A stretch of DNA of 32,000 nucleotides from Jiangella aurantiaca (GTDB lineage Bacteria > Actinomycetota > Actinomycetes > Jiangellales > Jiangellaceae). Every line of letters begins with the position of its first letter. Positions within the stretch are counted from its first letter, which is position 1. The stretch lies in the NCBI RefSeq assembly GCF_004349105.1, contig NZ_SMLB01000050.1, forward strand, positions 2,393 to 34,392, in the 5' to 3' direction. The notes below the pieces were generated by a model, which was given only the letters and a program-made list of their open reading frames with translations, was not told the origin of the DNA and made no database searches. Positions 24,013 through 32,000 of the stretch are shown here, in pieces. Position numbers and translations under genes: made by a program.

Positions 24013-24396
24013 GTGAAGACCACCGTGTTCGAGCTCGACGGCGATGCCGTCAGCGCCCGGGTGACGCCCGAGCCGTCGTGGCAGCCATTCGACGAGTGGG
24101 ACGGGCAGCCGCTGACGAATGTGCAGATGGCCGAGCTGCTCGAGGTTCCGCGGGCCGAGCTGCAGCTGGTTCAGCTACGTGCCGGCGGCCACTTCGTCAT
24201 GCACTCCAGCCCGGACCTGGCGTTCTGCCAGGTTGTGCGAGGGCGTGGCGTGTTGCGGCTGCCGGGCGGGGAACGGCTGCCCTTCGAGGGACCTGAGCTC
24301 TACGTGTTCCAGCCTGGCACTCGCCACGAGTGGACGGACATCGAGTTGGACACGCTGCTCAGTGTCTGCCTGGTCCGCCGGCCGTCGGACGGTTGA
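24013..24396 (+). CDS. cupin domain protein
   Basis: GTG at 24013 lies after AAGGAGAG with a 5-nt spacer. LRAGGHFVMHSSPDLAFCQVVRGRGVL..GPELYVFQPGTRHEW is cupin motif-like. The start is uncertain (alternative GTG at 24007). Confidence 0.62.
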   Translation: MKTTVFELDGDAVSARVTPEPSWQPFDEWDGQPLTNVQMAELLEVPRAELQLVQLRAGGHFVMHSSPDLAFCQVVRGRGVLRLPGGERLPFEGPELYVFQPGTRHEWTDIELDTLLSVCLVRRPSDG

Positions 24397-26769
24397 TCAA
24401 GGCAGGGTGACCGGCACGTGAACGCGGCCGTCCTTCAGATGCCGCCACGCCCGATCCTCGGCTCCCAGTGGCCGACCGTTGACCAACACCCGCGTCACCT
24501 CGCGTCGTTCGCTCGCGAGCTCTACGACCAAGTCGATGGCTGTCCTGGCTCCCGATGCCTCGATCTGCAGTGCCGACCCGTCCAGGCGGGCGTCGACCAT
24601 GGTGTCGCCGTCCACATCCCTCAATCGGAAGCCGGCGCGCTCCCTCAGGAACGCCCGGAACGTCAGCTCGCGGAACGGTTCCTCGCTGATGTGCGCTGCC
24701 GGCTCGATGGTCGGGAGCAGTGAGTCGAGCCGGACGTAGAGCGGCAGCCGCTCCAGCGGCGCCTCCACGGTGCGGTAGCCCGGACCCTCCAGGACCTCAC
24801 GTGTCCAGTAGTCGACCCAGCCGCCCGCGGGAAAGTACACATCGCGAACACCCTCGGGATTGAACACCGGGGCGACCATCAGCTCCCTGCCCAGAAGGTA
24901 CTGCAGGTCGATGGCGTGGGTGGCTGGATCGTCCGGGAACTCGAGAACCAGTGGGCGCATGATCGGCAGGCCGGACTCAGCGGAGATCACACCGTACGTG
25001 TAGAGGTAGGGCAGCAGGTGGTAGCGGAGCCGGACGTAGGTTCGGAAGATCTCGAGAGCCTCCTCACCGAAGTCCCACGGGAGCCGGCTGGTCATGCCGT
25101 GCGCCCGGGAGAGCGGCGAGAGCAACCCGAACTGGGCCCACCGGACGTAGAGGTCAGGCGCCGGTGTGCGGTGGAACCCCCCGATGTCGTGCGACCAGAA
25201 GGCGTGCCCGCACATCGCCAGGCTCAGCCCGCCGCGGAGGGTCGAGGCCATGGCGGGGTAGCTGCAGTTCGGGTCGCCACCCCATTGCGCCGCATGCCGC
25301 TGGCCACCCGCGTAGGTGGACCGCCCCCACACCAGACCGCTCCCGCCGGTCTCCGCCGTCGTGACGGTGGCGACCAGGTCGTTGTACAGCAGCGGGTACA
25401 GGTTGTGCAGCTCCTCACCGCTCATCCCGTTGTGCGCGACCGCGTCGCGGGGGACGCCCTCGCCGAAGTCGGTCTTGAAGACGTCCACCCCCATGCGCAG
25501 GTGCGGCCGGAGGAGCTCCTGGTACCACGCCGCCGCCCGCGGGTTGGTGACATCGACGATCGCCACCGGCGGGTGGAACGTGCCCCACAGCGGCAGCACA
25601 TAGGTCGTCCCGTCCGGGCGCTTGAGGAAGAAGCCGTTCTCGTCCGCCTCCCGGTAGCGCTCGGTGCCCGGGCTCAGGTAGGGGTTGATCCACAGGCAGA
25701 CCCGGAAGCCCAGTCGCCGCAGTTCAGTGACGAGCCGCTCCGGCTCGGGGAACAGCTTCCCATTCCACTCCATGTTTGACCACGTCCCGTGCTCCTGCCA
25801 GTAGCAGTCGAGGTGCAGGACGTCGGACGGAATCGCCCGCTGGCGCAGTTCCTTCGCCCGCCGCAGGGTCTCCGCAGCGCTGTCGTCGGTGAACCCTGAC
25901 GACACCCACAGCCCATACGCCCACTTCGGCGGCCGGGCGGGCCCTCCGACGAGGTCGGTGTAGAGCTCGATGACGCGGGCGAGCCCGGGACCAGCTATGA
26001 CGTAGTAATCGAGCACCTCGCCGGGACAGACGATCGACCAGGCGGAGTGGTTGGAGGCGGCCATGTCGAACTGGACATGGCGGTGGCTGTCGACGAACAC
26101 GCCGTAGCCGCGGGTGCTCACGACGAACGGCACGTTCTTGTACGCCTGCTCGTGGTGCACGCCGTGAGCGTCATAGTTCCACATCTGGACGATCTGGCCG
26201 CGCTTGTCAAAGTCGGTGAACTTCTCGCCGAACCCGTAGAAGTGCTCGTCCGGCTCGCACAAGAACGAGTCGTGGAGGAACACCTGGCTGTCGCGCTCGG
26301 TGAATCCGCAGGGCAGCGTGGTGAGGTACTCGCCGACGTCGCGCTCGGCGCCGCTGTGGGCCAGCAGCCGGCGGCCCCCTGGGGTGGAGAACACGATCCC
26401 GAACGGCTGACGCGTCACCCGCGTGACGATCTCGTCGGCTTCCAGCAGGATGTGATCGTCCTGCTCGCGGACGGTCGCGCGTGGCGGTAGACCAGAGTCG
26501 CGGGCGAGCCGCGTCCGCTTGCTGAGGTCGGCGTCCGGCCGGCGGAACTGGACGCGGACGACACCCGCGGAGACGGCCTCGACCCGGACGCGCAACTCCT
26601 GACCGCCTGGGGTGAAGCCGCGCAACGCGATGCCGGACGGCGTCGTCATGTCCACCTGGACCCGATCCACGTACTCGGGATCGGCCCAGTCGGCGAACTC
26701 GCGTACCGGCAGCGGCGGTGCGATGGCCGGCCACGGGCGGTTCGGCAGCAGGGACGCCCGCCACACCAT
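24397..26769 (-). CDS. glycoside hydrolase family 31 (alpha-glucosidase/alpha-xylosidase type)
   Basis: 790 aa with KWAYGLWVSS, LHLDCYWQ, VFKTDFGE and WGGDPNCSY, which are YicI-like GH31 signatures. Confidence 0.9.
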   Translation of the reverse strand: MVWRASLLPNRPWPAIAPPLPVREFADWADPEYVDRVQVDMTTPSGIALRGFTPGGQELRVRVEAVSAGVVRVQFRRPDADLSKRTRLARDSGLPPRATVREQDDHILLEADEIVTRVTRQPFGIVFSTPGGRRLLAHSGAERDVGEYLTTLPCGFTERDSQVFLHDSFLCEPDEHFYGFGEKFTDFDKRGQIVQMWNYDAHGVHHEQAYKNVPFVVSTRGYGVFVDSHRHVQFDMAASNHSAWSIVCPGEVLDYYVIAGPGLARVIELYTDLVGGPARPPKWAYGLWVSSGFTDDSAAETLRRAKELRQRAIPSDVLHLDCYWQEHGTWSNMEWNGKLFPEPERLVTELRRLGFRVCLWINPYLSPGTERYREADENGFFLKRPDGTTYVLPLWGTFHPPVAIVDVTNPRAAAWYQELLRPHLRMGVDVFKTDFGEGVPRDAVAHNGMSGEELHNLYPLLYNDLVATVTTAETGGSGLVWGRSTYAGGQRHAAQWGGDPNCSYPAMASTLRGGLSLAMCGHAFWSHDIGGFHRTPAPDLYVRWAQFGLLSPLSRAHGMTSRLPWDFGEEALEIFRTYVRLRYHLLPYLYTYGVISAESGLPIMRPLVLEFPDDPATHAIDLQYLLGRELMVAPVFNPEGVRDVYFPAGGWVDYWTREVLEGPGYRTVEAPLERLPLYVRLDSLLPTIEPAAHISEEPFRELTFRAFLRERAGFRLRDVDGDTMVDARLDGSALQIEASGARTAIDLVVELASERREVTRVLVNGRPLGAEDRAWRHLKDGRVHVPVTLP

Positions 26770-26827
26770 GTCGCGTTCCCTTCGGCGGAATGAAGGCTAC
26801 GCACCGCGTCGAGCAGCGCAAAAGCAA

Positions 26828-26841
26828 CCTGTCCGTACAGG
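26828..26841. promoter_or_regulatory. operator candidate, copy 2 of the shared palindrome (CCTGTCCGTACAGG)
   Basis: Lies in the 168-bp divergent region between the GH31 gene (-) and the ABC substrate-binding protein gene (+). It has 1 mismatch to CCTGTACGTACAGG. Confidence 0.45.
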
Positions 26842-26937
26842 CGGTTATACGGCTGACAGTACTACGATGAGAGAACTTCGCCGGGGCCTCTGGGGCGGAG
26901 GCGACCGGCGGAACGCTCCTACGAAAGGGGTGTAGGC

Positions 26938-28239
26938 ATGCATCGCCGTATTTCTCGCCGGAGTTTCCTGAAGCAACAGGGCCTTACTCTGGTCGGCCTC
27001 TCGGTCCTGGGCTCCGCCGCATGCGCAGAAGACACCGACGACACGGAGAAGGAGGCCACGCTCACCCTTGACTGGTGGGACTACCACGCCGTGGGTCCCT
27101 TCGATCAAGTCATGTCCGACATGGTGTCGGTCTACACGGACGAGAATCCGAACGTCACGATCAACCGGCGCAGCATCCCCTTCGCCGACTTCAAGCGCAC
27201 CCTGCTGTCGGCCGGAGCGGCCGGCGAGCTGCCCGACATCATTCTCATCGACAATCCCGACCACCAGGCCTTCGCCGCGCTCGGATTCCTCGCAGACATC
27301 GGCGATCTGGTCGACGCGTGGGGCGAGGGCAACCAGTATTACGACGGCCCATGGGCATCGACCGAGTACCAGGGCCGCCGGTTCGGTGTGCCCCACGGCA
27401 GCAACTGCCTCGCGCTGTTCTACAACCAGGACGCCCTGACCGAGGCCGGCGTGGAACCGCCGACCAGCTGGGACGACCTCCGGAGCGTGGCGGCGGCGAC
27501 CGCCGGCAATGGCCGACATGGGTTGGCCGTCAGCGGTGTGCGCAGCGAAGAGGGCACCTTCCAGTTCCTGCCGTTCCTCTGGCAAGCCGGCGCCGACCTC
27601 GACACTCTCGACACCCCGCAGGGGCGGGAGGCATTGAGCCTCTGGGTCGAGTTGGTCCAGGGCGGCCACATGTCGGAGGGAATCCTCGGGTGGATCCAGG
27701 AGGACGTGAAGGAGCAGTTCATCGCCGAGCGGGCGGCCATGATGGTGAACGGCTCGTGGCAGGTTGGGCGGCTCCGCGAGGAGGCAGCGGATATGAACTG
27801 GAACGTGGTCACGCTGCCCGAAGGACCAGCCGGCGAAGCGTCCATCCTCGGCGGTGAGAACTACGCCGTCACGGCCGATGCCGAGGATCCTGCGGCTGCG
27901 TGGACCGTGGTCCAGCGGCTGGTCGAGGAGGACGTCTTCATGGAGTACATGAAGGAGGAGCGCCTCCCCAGCAGGGCGGACCATGCGGAGGACCCGTACT
28001 TCAAGGACGATCCTGTCCTTGCGGTGTTCACCGAGCAGCTACAGGTCGCGCGGCCACGAGCGTACGGCCCTCACTACCCGGAGATCTCGAACCAGATCCA
28101 GGAGATGTTCCACGCCGCGATCAGCGGGCAACGTGACGTGGACACGGCCGTGTCCCTCGCGGCGGAGCGGATCTCTGAGCTGCTGGAGGCCGAGCCGCCG
28201 GAGGTCGAGGAGCTTCTCGAGGAGGACGACGAAGGCTAG
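26938..28239 (+). CDS. ABC transporter sugar-binding lipoprotein (CUT1 type)
   Basis: MHRRISRRSFLKQQGLTLVGLSVLGSAAC is a twin-Arg-like signal plus lipobox. The mature domain has the length and style of extracellular solute-binding family 1. Confidence 0.88.
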   Translation: MHRRISRRSFLKQQGLTLVGLSVLGSAACAEDTDDTEKEATLTLDWWDYHAVGPFDQVMSDMVSVYTDENPNVTINRRSIPFADFKRTLLSAGAAGELPDIILIDNPDHQAFAALGFLADIGDLVDAWGEGNQYYDGPWASTEYQGRRFGVPHGSNCLALFYNQDALTEAGVEPPTSWDDLRSVAAATAGNGRHGLAVSGVRSEEGTFQFLPFLWQAGADLDTLDTPQGREALSLWVELVQGGHMSEGILGWIQEDVKEQFIAERAAMMVNGSWQVGRLREEAADMNWNVVTLPEGPAGEASILGGENYAVTADAEDPAAAWTVVQRLVEEDVFMEYMKEERLPSRADHAEDPYFKDDPVLAVFTEQLQVARPRAYGPHYPEISNQIQEMFHAAISGQRDVDTAVSLAAERISELLEAEPPEVEELLEEDDEG

Positions 28240-28272
28240 CTGACCTCCGTCACTGCTCACTGCGGACTGTCC

Positions 28273-29259
28273 ATGGAGCGCAAAGCCGGGACGGCCACCG
28301 GGCACCGGGGCGGCCCGCGGCATGCTGGATCCGCTCCAGTATCCGCTCGCCTTGACCGCGTTCGACTCTTCGGAGCGAAGCGGTGGGTGCGCGTCCAGGC
28401 CTACCTTCTCACCGCACCGGCTGCTCTCTTCCTCGTCTTGTTCCTCTTCTATCCCCTGCTCAACAACTTTTACCTCAGCCTGCAGGACGTGGGAATCGCG
28501 AACTTCCGCGTCGGCGAGCGGCCATTCGTGGGCTTAGCCAACTACGCCCGCCTCGTCGGCGACCCGGTCTTCCACTCCTCCGTCGGCCTCACCCTGCTGT
28601 TCGTGTCGGTGTCGCTGCTCGGCCAGTTCACGATCGGGTTCGCCCTGGCCATGTTCTTCAACCGCGCGTTTCCCGGCTTCCGAGTGCTGCGCGCGCTGAT
28701 GCTGCTGGGATGGCTGCTGCCGTTGGTCGTCACGGCCAGCATCTTCCGGTGGATGCTCGAGGGCGACCTCGGGGTGGTCAATCACGGACTCCGGGCGATC
28801 GGCCTGACCGAGCTGGCCAAGCACTGGCTGACCGACCCGACAACGGCCATCTGGGGGGTGATCCTCGCCAACATCTGGATCGGCATCCCGTTCAACATGC
28901 TGCTCCTGCTCGCCGGCCTCCAGGGCATTCCAAGGTCGCTCCTCGAAGCCAGCATCGTGGATGGCGCGAACGGCTGGCAGCGGTTCTGGCACGTCATCTG
29001 GCCGCTGATGAAGCCGGTCTCGTTGACCGTCCTCATCCTTGGTGTCGTTTACACGTTCAAGGTGTTCGACCTGATCCTGATCATGACAGGAGGCGGGCCC
29101 GTCAACGCGACCACGATCCTGACCATGTTCGTTTACCGGACCACTTTCGAGTTCTTCCGCTTCGGCGAGGGTGCCGCCGCTGCTGTCCTGGTCATGCTGA
29201 TCCCCTTGCTGTTCACCATCGGGTACGTCCGGGCGACGCGCCACGAGGAGGCGCTGTGA
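28273..29259 (+). CDS. carbohydrate ABC transporter permease (MalF-like)
   Basis: Six hydrophobic segments, plus the EAA-like loop LLEASIVDGANGWQRFWHVIWPLMKP. The start codon is uncertain (ATG at 28273 taken). Confidence 0.85.
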   Translation: MERKAGTATGHRGGPRHAGSAPVSARLDRVRLFGAKRWVRVQAYLLTAPAALFLVLFLFYPLLNNFYLSLQDVGIANFRVGERPFVGLANYARLVGDPVFHSSVGLTLLFVSVSLLGQFTIGFALAMFFNRAFPGFRVLRALMLLGWLLPLVVTASIFRWMLEGDLGVVNHGLRAIGLTELAKHWLTDPTTAIWGVILANIWIGIPFNMLLLLAGLQGIPRSLLEASIVDGANGWQRFWHVIWPLMKPVSLTVLILGVVYTFKVFDLILIMTGGGPVNATTILTMFVYRTTFEFFRFGEGAAAAVLVMLIPLLFTIGYVRATRHEEAL

Positions 29260-30098
29260 GTGTCCTGGCGTGGATCAAGCGCCGGCGCCTGCACCTGACG
29301 GTAACCGGGCTGGTGATCGTCGGTGTCTATCTGTTCCCGGCCTACTGGATGGTGGCGACGTCGCTGAAGCCGCGCGCGGAGGTCTTCGCGTCGCCGCCTG
29401 CCATCGTGCCGTACCCGCCCGACTTCGGGTCCTACCAGGACGAGGTCATCGGCAACCCGATCCTCCTGCGGGCCTTCCTGAACAGCGCGATCATCGCTTC
29501 CGGCGCGACTCTGGTCACGCTGGTGATTGCGGTCCCGGCGACCTATGCCCTGGCTCGGCTGCGGCTCCGGTTCGCCGGATCGGCCCGTTTCGTCACGATC
29601 CTTGCTCAGATGCTGCCGGCGATCGTGGTGGCCACCCCACTGTTCGTGCTGTTCAGCCGGGTCGGCCTCGTCAACTCGTACCTGGGGATCATCCTCGCGG
29701 TCGCCACGATCACCATTCCCTTCGCCCTGGTGATCCTGCGGCCGTTCTTTCTCGCCATACCGACTGAACTCGACGACGCCGCGAGCGTCGACGGGTGCAA
29801 CGTGTTCCAGACGTTCCTACACGTGGGGCTGCCGCTGGTCCGGCCGGGCCTGGCCACTGTGGCCGCGTTCACGTTCCTGCTGGCCTGGGGCGAGTTCGTG
29901 TTCGCACTGGTCCTGCTGCAGCAGCAGTCGCTGCAGCCACTCACCGTGCTGCTCAACACGCTCATCGGGCAGTACGGAACCCGGTGGGATCATCTCATGG
30001 CCGTCGCCACGGTGATCGGGCTCCCCATTGTGATCGTTTTCATCGCGTTGCAACGGCTCATCGTGGGAGGCCTGACGGCCGGCGCGATGAAGGACTGA
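29256..30098 (+). CDS. carbohydrate ABC transporter permease (MalG-like)
   Basis: The GTG at 29256 overlaps the upstream stop (GTGA). VSVLAWIKRRRLHLTVTGLVIVGVYLFPAYWMV.. is followed by the EAA loop LDDAASVDGCNVFQTFLHVGLPLVRPG. Confidence 0.88.
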   Translation: MSVLAWIKRRRLHLTVTGLVIVGVYLFPAYWMVATSLKPRAEVFASPPAIVPYPPDFGSYQDEVIGNPILLRAFLNSAIIASGATLVTLVIAVPATYALARLRLRFAGSARFVTILAQMLPAIVVATPLFVLFSRVGLVNSYLGIILAVATITIPFALVILRPFFLAIPTELDDAASVDGCNVFQTFLHVGLPLVRPGLATVAAFTFLLAWGEFVFALVLLQQQSLQPLTVLLNTLIGQYGTRWDHLMAVATVIGLPIVIVFIALQRLIVGGLTAGAMKD

Positions 30099-30140
30099 GA
30101 TCACAGCTCAGCATCAGCCGGCGACGTTCGTTGACTGCCA

Positions 30141-30154
30141 CTTGTACGTACAGG
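30141..30154. promoter_or_regulatory. operator candidate, copy 3 of the shared palindrome (CTTGTACGTACAGG, core TGTACGTACA perfect)
   Basis: Lies 72 bp upstream of the second substrate-binding protein gene and directly follows a TTGACT (-35-like) hexamer at 30131-30136. It has 1 mismatch to CCTGTACGTACAGG. Confidence 0.45.
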
Positions 30155-30225
30155 ATGATGAAATTCTAGGCACAGCGAGTGCGGAGCTACACGGCGCCGC
30201 TGCGCGCCGGAGAGGTTGCGTTCCG

Positions 30226-31437
30226 ATGCGCAGGCTGCACAAGCGTGGGGTAATGCTTTGCGTTGCGATGGCGGCCGCCATGGCGATGGCCGCCTGTGGT
30301 GAAGATGTGGAAATCGATGATCCCGAGACACCTGCCCAGGAGGACGATGCCGAGGACGTTGACCCCGCGGCGATCACCATCGGCTGGACGCCGCCTGACA
30401 TCACGGGCGTGTTCCAGACCGCGACCGACTTCTTTGAGCAGGCCGCCGCGGAAGCCGGCGAGCAGGGTATAGACGTCGACGTGATCAGCCGGTCGCCGGC
30501 TACGCACGTGGACTTCGCCGACCAGGTAGCGATCATCGAGGACTACGTCACCTCGGGCGTGGACGTCATTGCCATCTCGCCCGCGGATACCGAAGCCATC
30601 AAGCCCGCTGTCCAGCGGGCCAATGAGGCCGGCATTCCAGTGATCATGGTCAACCTGCTCGAGGAGCAGGCCGATGTGGAGATCGCCTCCTACATCGGCT
30701 TCGACAACGGCGATGCGGCGAGGGTGTCGGCGTACGCCGTGCTCGACTACTTCGGCGGTCCGGGTGTGCTGGGCGCCGGCGAGAAGGTCGACGTGCCCGA
30801 CGACCAGTTCCTCGACCTGGAGTTCTGGGAGGAGCTCTACACCGACGTGGACCGGTCGGACATTCAGGCCCGTGGTGTGATCATCGAGGGCATCGCGGGC
30901 ACGTTCTTCTCCGAGGCCCGGCTCGCGGGCTTCCGTGAGGTCATCGAGCAGGCGGACGGCATCGAGATCATCGCCGAGCCAATCGCCGCGGACTGGAACC
31001 GCGAGAAGGGTGTCCAAGCTGCCGAAACCTTCCTCTCCCGGTTCGGTCCCGGAGAGCTCGACTTCATCTGGGCCGCGTCCAACGAGATGGGCCTGGGTGC
31101 AATGCTCACGGCCGACCGCGAGGCGCGGCTGGACGACACCGGCGGCGACACGCCACCCGCGGAGGACCTGGTCGCCATCTTCACCAACGACGTGACCCCC
31201 GAGTCGACCGACGCGATCCGTGAGGGTGGAATCGTTGCTGAGACGCATCACGGCTTCCCTGAGTGGGGCTGGTTCGGTACCGAGTTCGCGGTACGCCTGG
31301 CTTGCGGGCTCGAGGTGCCTCAGCTCCAGGACATCCGGCCGCGGACAGTCTGGCAAGGCAACGCCGACCTGTTCTACCCCGACCCGGATCTTCCAGAGAT
31401 CGACTGGGACGGCATCGAAGCCGAATGCACCAGGTGA
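30226..31437 (+). CDS. sugar ABC transporter substrate-binding lipoprotein (periplasmic-binding-protein/RbsB-like, CUT2 type)
   Basis: Starts at the internal ATG at 30226. MRRLHKRGVMLCVAMAAAMAMAAC is a lipobox signal. ITIGWTPPDITGVFQ.., VDVIAISPADTEA.. and AGIPVIMVN match the Peripla_BP pattern. Confidence 0.85.
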   Translation: MRRLHKRGVMLCVAMAAAMAMAACGEDVEIDDPETPAQEDDAEDVDPAAITIGWTPPDITGVFQTATDFFEQAAAEAGEQGIDVDVISRSPATHVDFADQVAIIEDYVTSGVDVIAISPADTEAIKPAVQRANEAGIPVIMVNLLEEQADVEIASYIGFDNGDAARVSAYAVLDYFGGPGVLGAGEKVDVPDDQFLDLEFWEELYTDVDRSDIQARGVIIEGIAGTFFSEARLAGFREVIEQADGIEIIAEPIAADWNREKGVQAAETFLSRFGPGELDFIWAASNEMGLGAMLTADREARLDDTGGDTPPAEDLVAIFTNDVTPESTDAIREGGIVAETHHGFPEWGWFGTEFAVRLACGLEVPQLQDIRPRTVWQGNADLFYPDPDLPEIDWDGIEAECTR

Positions 31438-32000
31438 TCGGCGGGCGTCTTCTGCAGCTTCACGGCGTGTCGAAGGCCTACCCGGGTGTCCAGGCCCTCG
31501 CCGGCGTCGACTTCGATGCCGGCGCCGGTGAAGTACACGCTTTGCTCGGTGAGAACGGCGCCGGCAAGTCCACGCTGATGAAGATCGTCGCGGGGTCGGT
31601 GATTCCCGACGAGGGCGAGCTGGTCCTCGGCGGCGAGCCGCTGCCCACCGGATCGCCGGCCGCTTGCCGGCAGCGCGGCATCGGCGCGGTCTACCAGGAC
31701 CTCAGCCTGGTGCCATCCATGTCGGTCGGGGAGAACGTCCTGGTCGGTCGATGGCAGCGCAACCGCGGGCTGATCAATGTACGGCGAACTGAGCGGGACG
31801 CCCAGCCCTTCCTCGAGCGGATCGGTCTGAAGGTCTCACCCGCGACGCTGGTCCGCGAGTTGGGCGTCGCCGAGCGCCAGCTCGTAGAGATCGCCAAGGC
31901 GCTGTCGGCCAGGGTCCGCGTCCTGCTGCTGGACGAGCCTACGTCGGCGCTCTCTGACCCGGAGTCTCGCCGCCTGTTCAGCGTGATCCGGGACCTCGTC
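31434..32000 (+). CDS. sugar ABC transporter ATP-binding protein (RbsA/MglA-like), 5' part, running off the window
   Basis: The GTG at 31434 overlaps the upstream stop (GTGA). My translation is VIGGRLLQLHGVSKAYPGVQALAGVDFDAGAGEVHALLGENGAGKSTLMKI.. (Walker A), then ..LLLDEPTSAL (Walker B). The frame is open to 32000. It is not in the ORF track because no stop is reached. Confidence 0.9.
   Translation, partial: MIGGRLLQLHGVSKAYPGVQALAGVDFDAGAGEVHALLGENGAGKSTLMKIVAGSVIPDEGELVLGGEPLPTGSPAACRQRGIGAVYQDLSLVPSMSVGENVLVGRWQRNRGLINVRRTERDAQPFLERIGLKVSPATLVRELGVAERQLVEIAKALSARVRVLLLDEPTSALSDPESRRLFSVIRDLV

Noticed and set aside
26845-27984. 379-aa minus-strand ORF opposite the first sugar-binding protein, and the 389-aa ORF at 30187-31356 opposite the second
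   Set aside because: They are antisense to well-supported lipoprotein genes and have no motifs.
1-32000. Search for CRISPR arrays, rRNA genes, IS elements with terminal inverted repeats, and an FtsK/TraB-like transfer gene
   Set aside because: I saw no regularly spaced repeats, no rRNA-like sequence, no transposase-like ORF, and no Walker-A-containing large ORF inside the element. The only long exact repeat I found is the 45-bp att pair.

Overview
This is a high-G+C, actinobacterial-type chromosome segment with three parts.

(1) Positions 1-6700 are core-like genes: a TetR regulator divergent from a small membrane protein, a LysR regulator, two SDR oxidoreductases, an Amidohydro_2-type hydrolase, a zincin-like metallopeptidase and a membrane metallophosphoesterase.

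(2) A tRNA-Glu(TTC)/tRNA-Asp(GTC) pair is followed by a ~10.3 kb integrated element (6908-17232). The element is bounded by a perfect 45-bp direct repeat of the 3' part of tRNA-Asp. It has the pSAM2-type (AICE) backbone: int-xis-repSA plus a small Cys-rich gene in the pra position, divergent from a GntR/KorSA-like repressor. No FtsK-like transfer gene is visible. Its cargo looks like a compact defence island with four modules:
- A lower-G+C three-gene operon encoding a ThsB-like TIR protein, a 2-TM + Macro ThsA-like protein and a translationally coupled HIT-family hydrolase. This resembles type II Thoeris with an extra, to my knowledge undescribed, third gene.
- A single-polypeptide MrcB-N (DUF3578) + DUF3883 nuclease-like protein, a candidate type IV restriction enzyme.
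- A Phd/YefM-VapC(PIN) toxin-antitoxin pair.
- Two coupled unknown genes.

Just outside attR lies a frameshifted relic of a second tyrosine integrase, which suggests tRNA-Asp is a reused integration hotspot.

(3) Positions 17655-32000 are a carbohydrate or polyol utilisation locus. It encodes a PTE-like hydrolase, a shikimate-DH-like protein, an SDR, a Gfo/Idh/MocA oxidoreductase, a Zn-ADH, an FGGY kinase, a cupin, a GH31 glycosidase, a CUT1-type ABC system and the start of a CUT2-type ABC system. Its three promoter regions share variants of one 14-bp palindrome (CCTGTACGTACAGG).

All family assignments come from reading the translated ORFs by eye. No searches were run.
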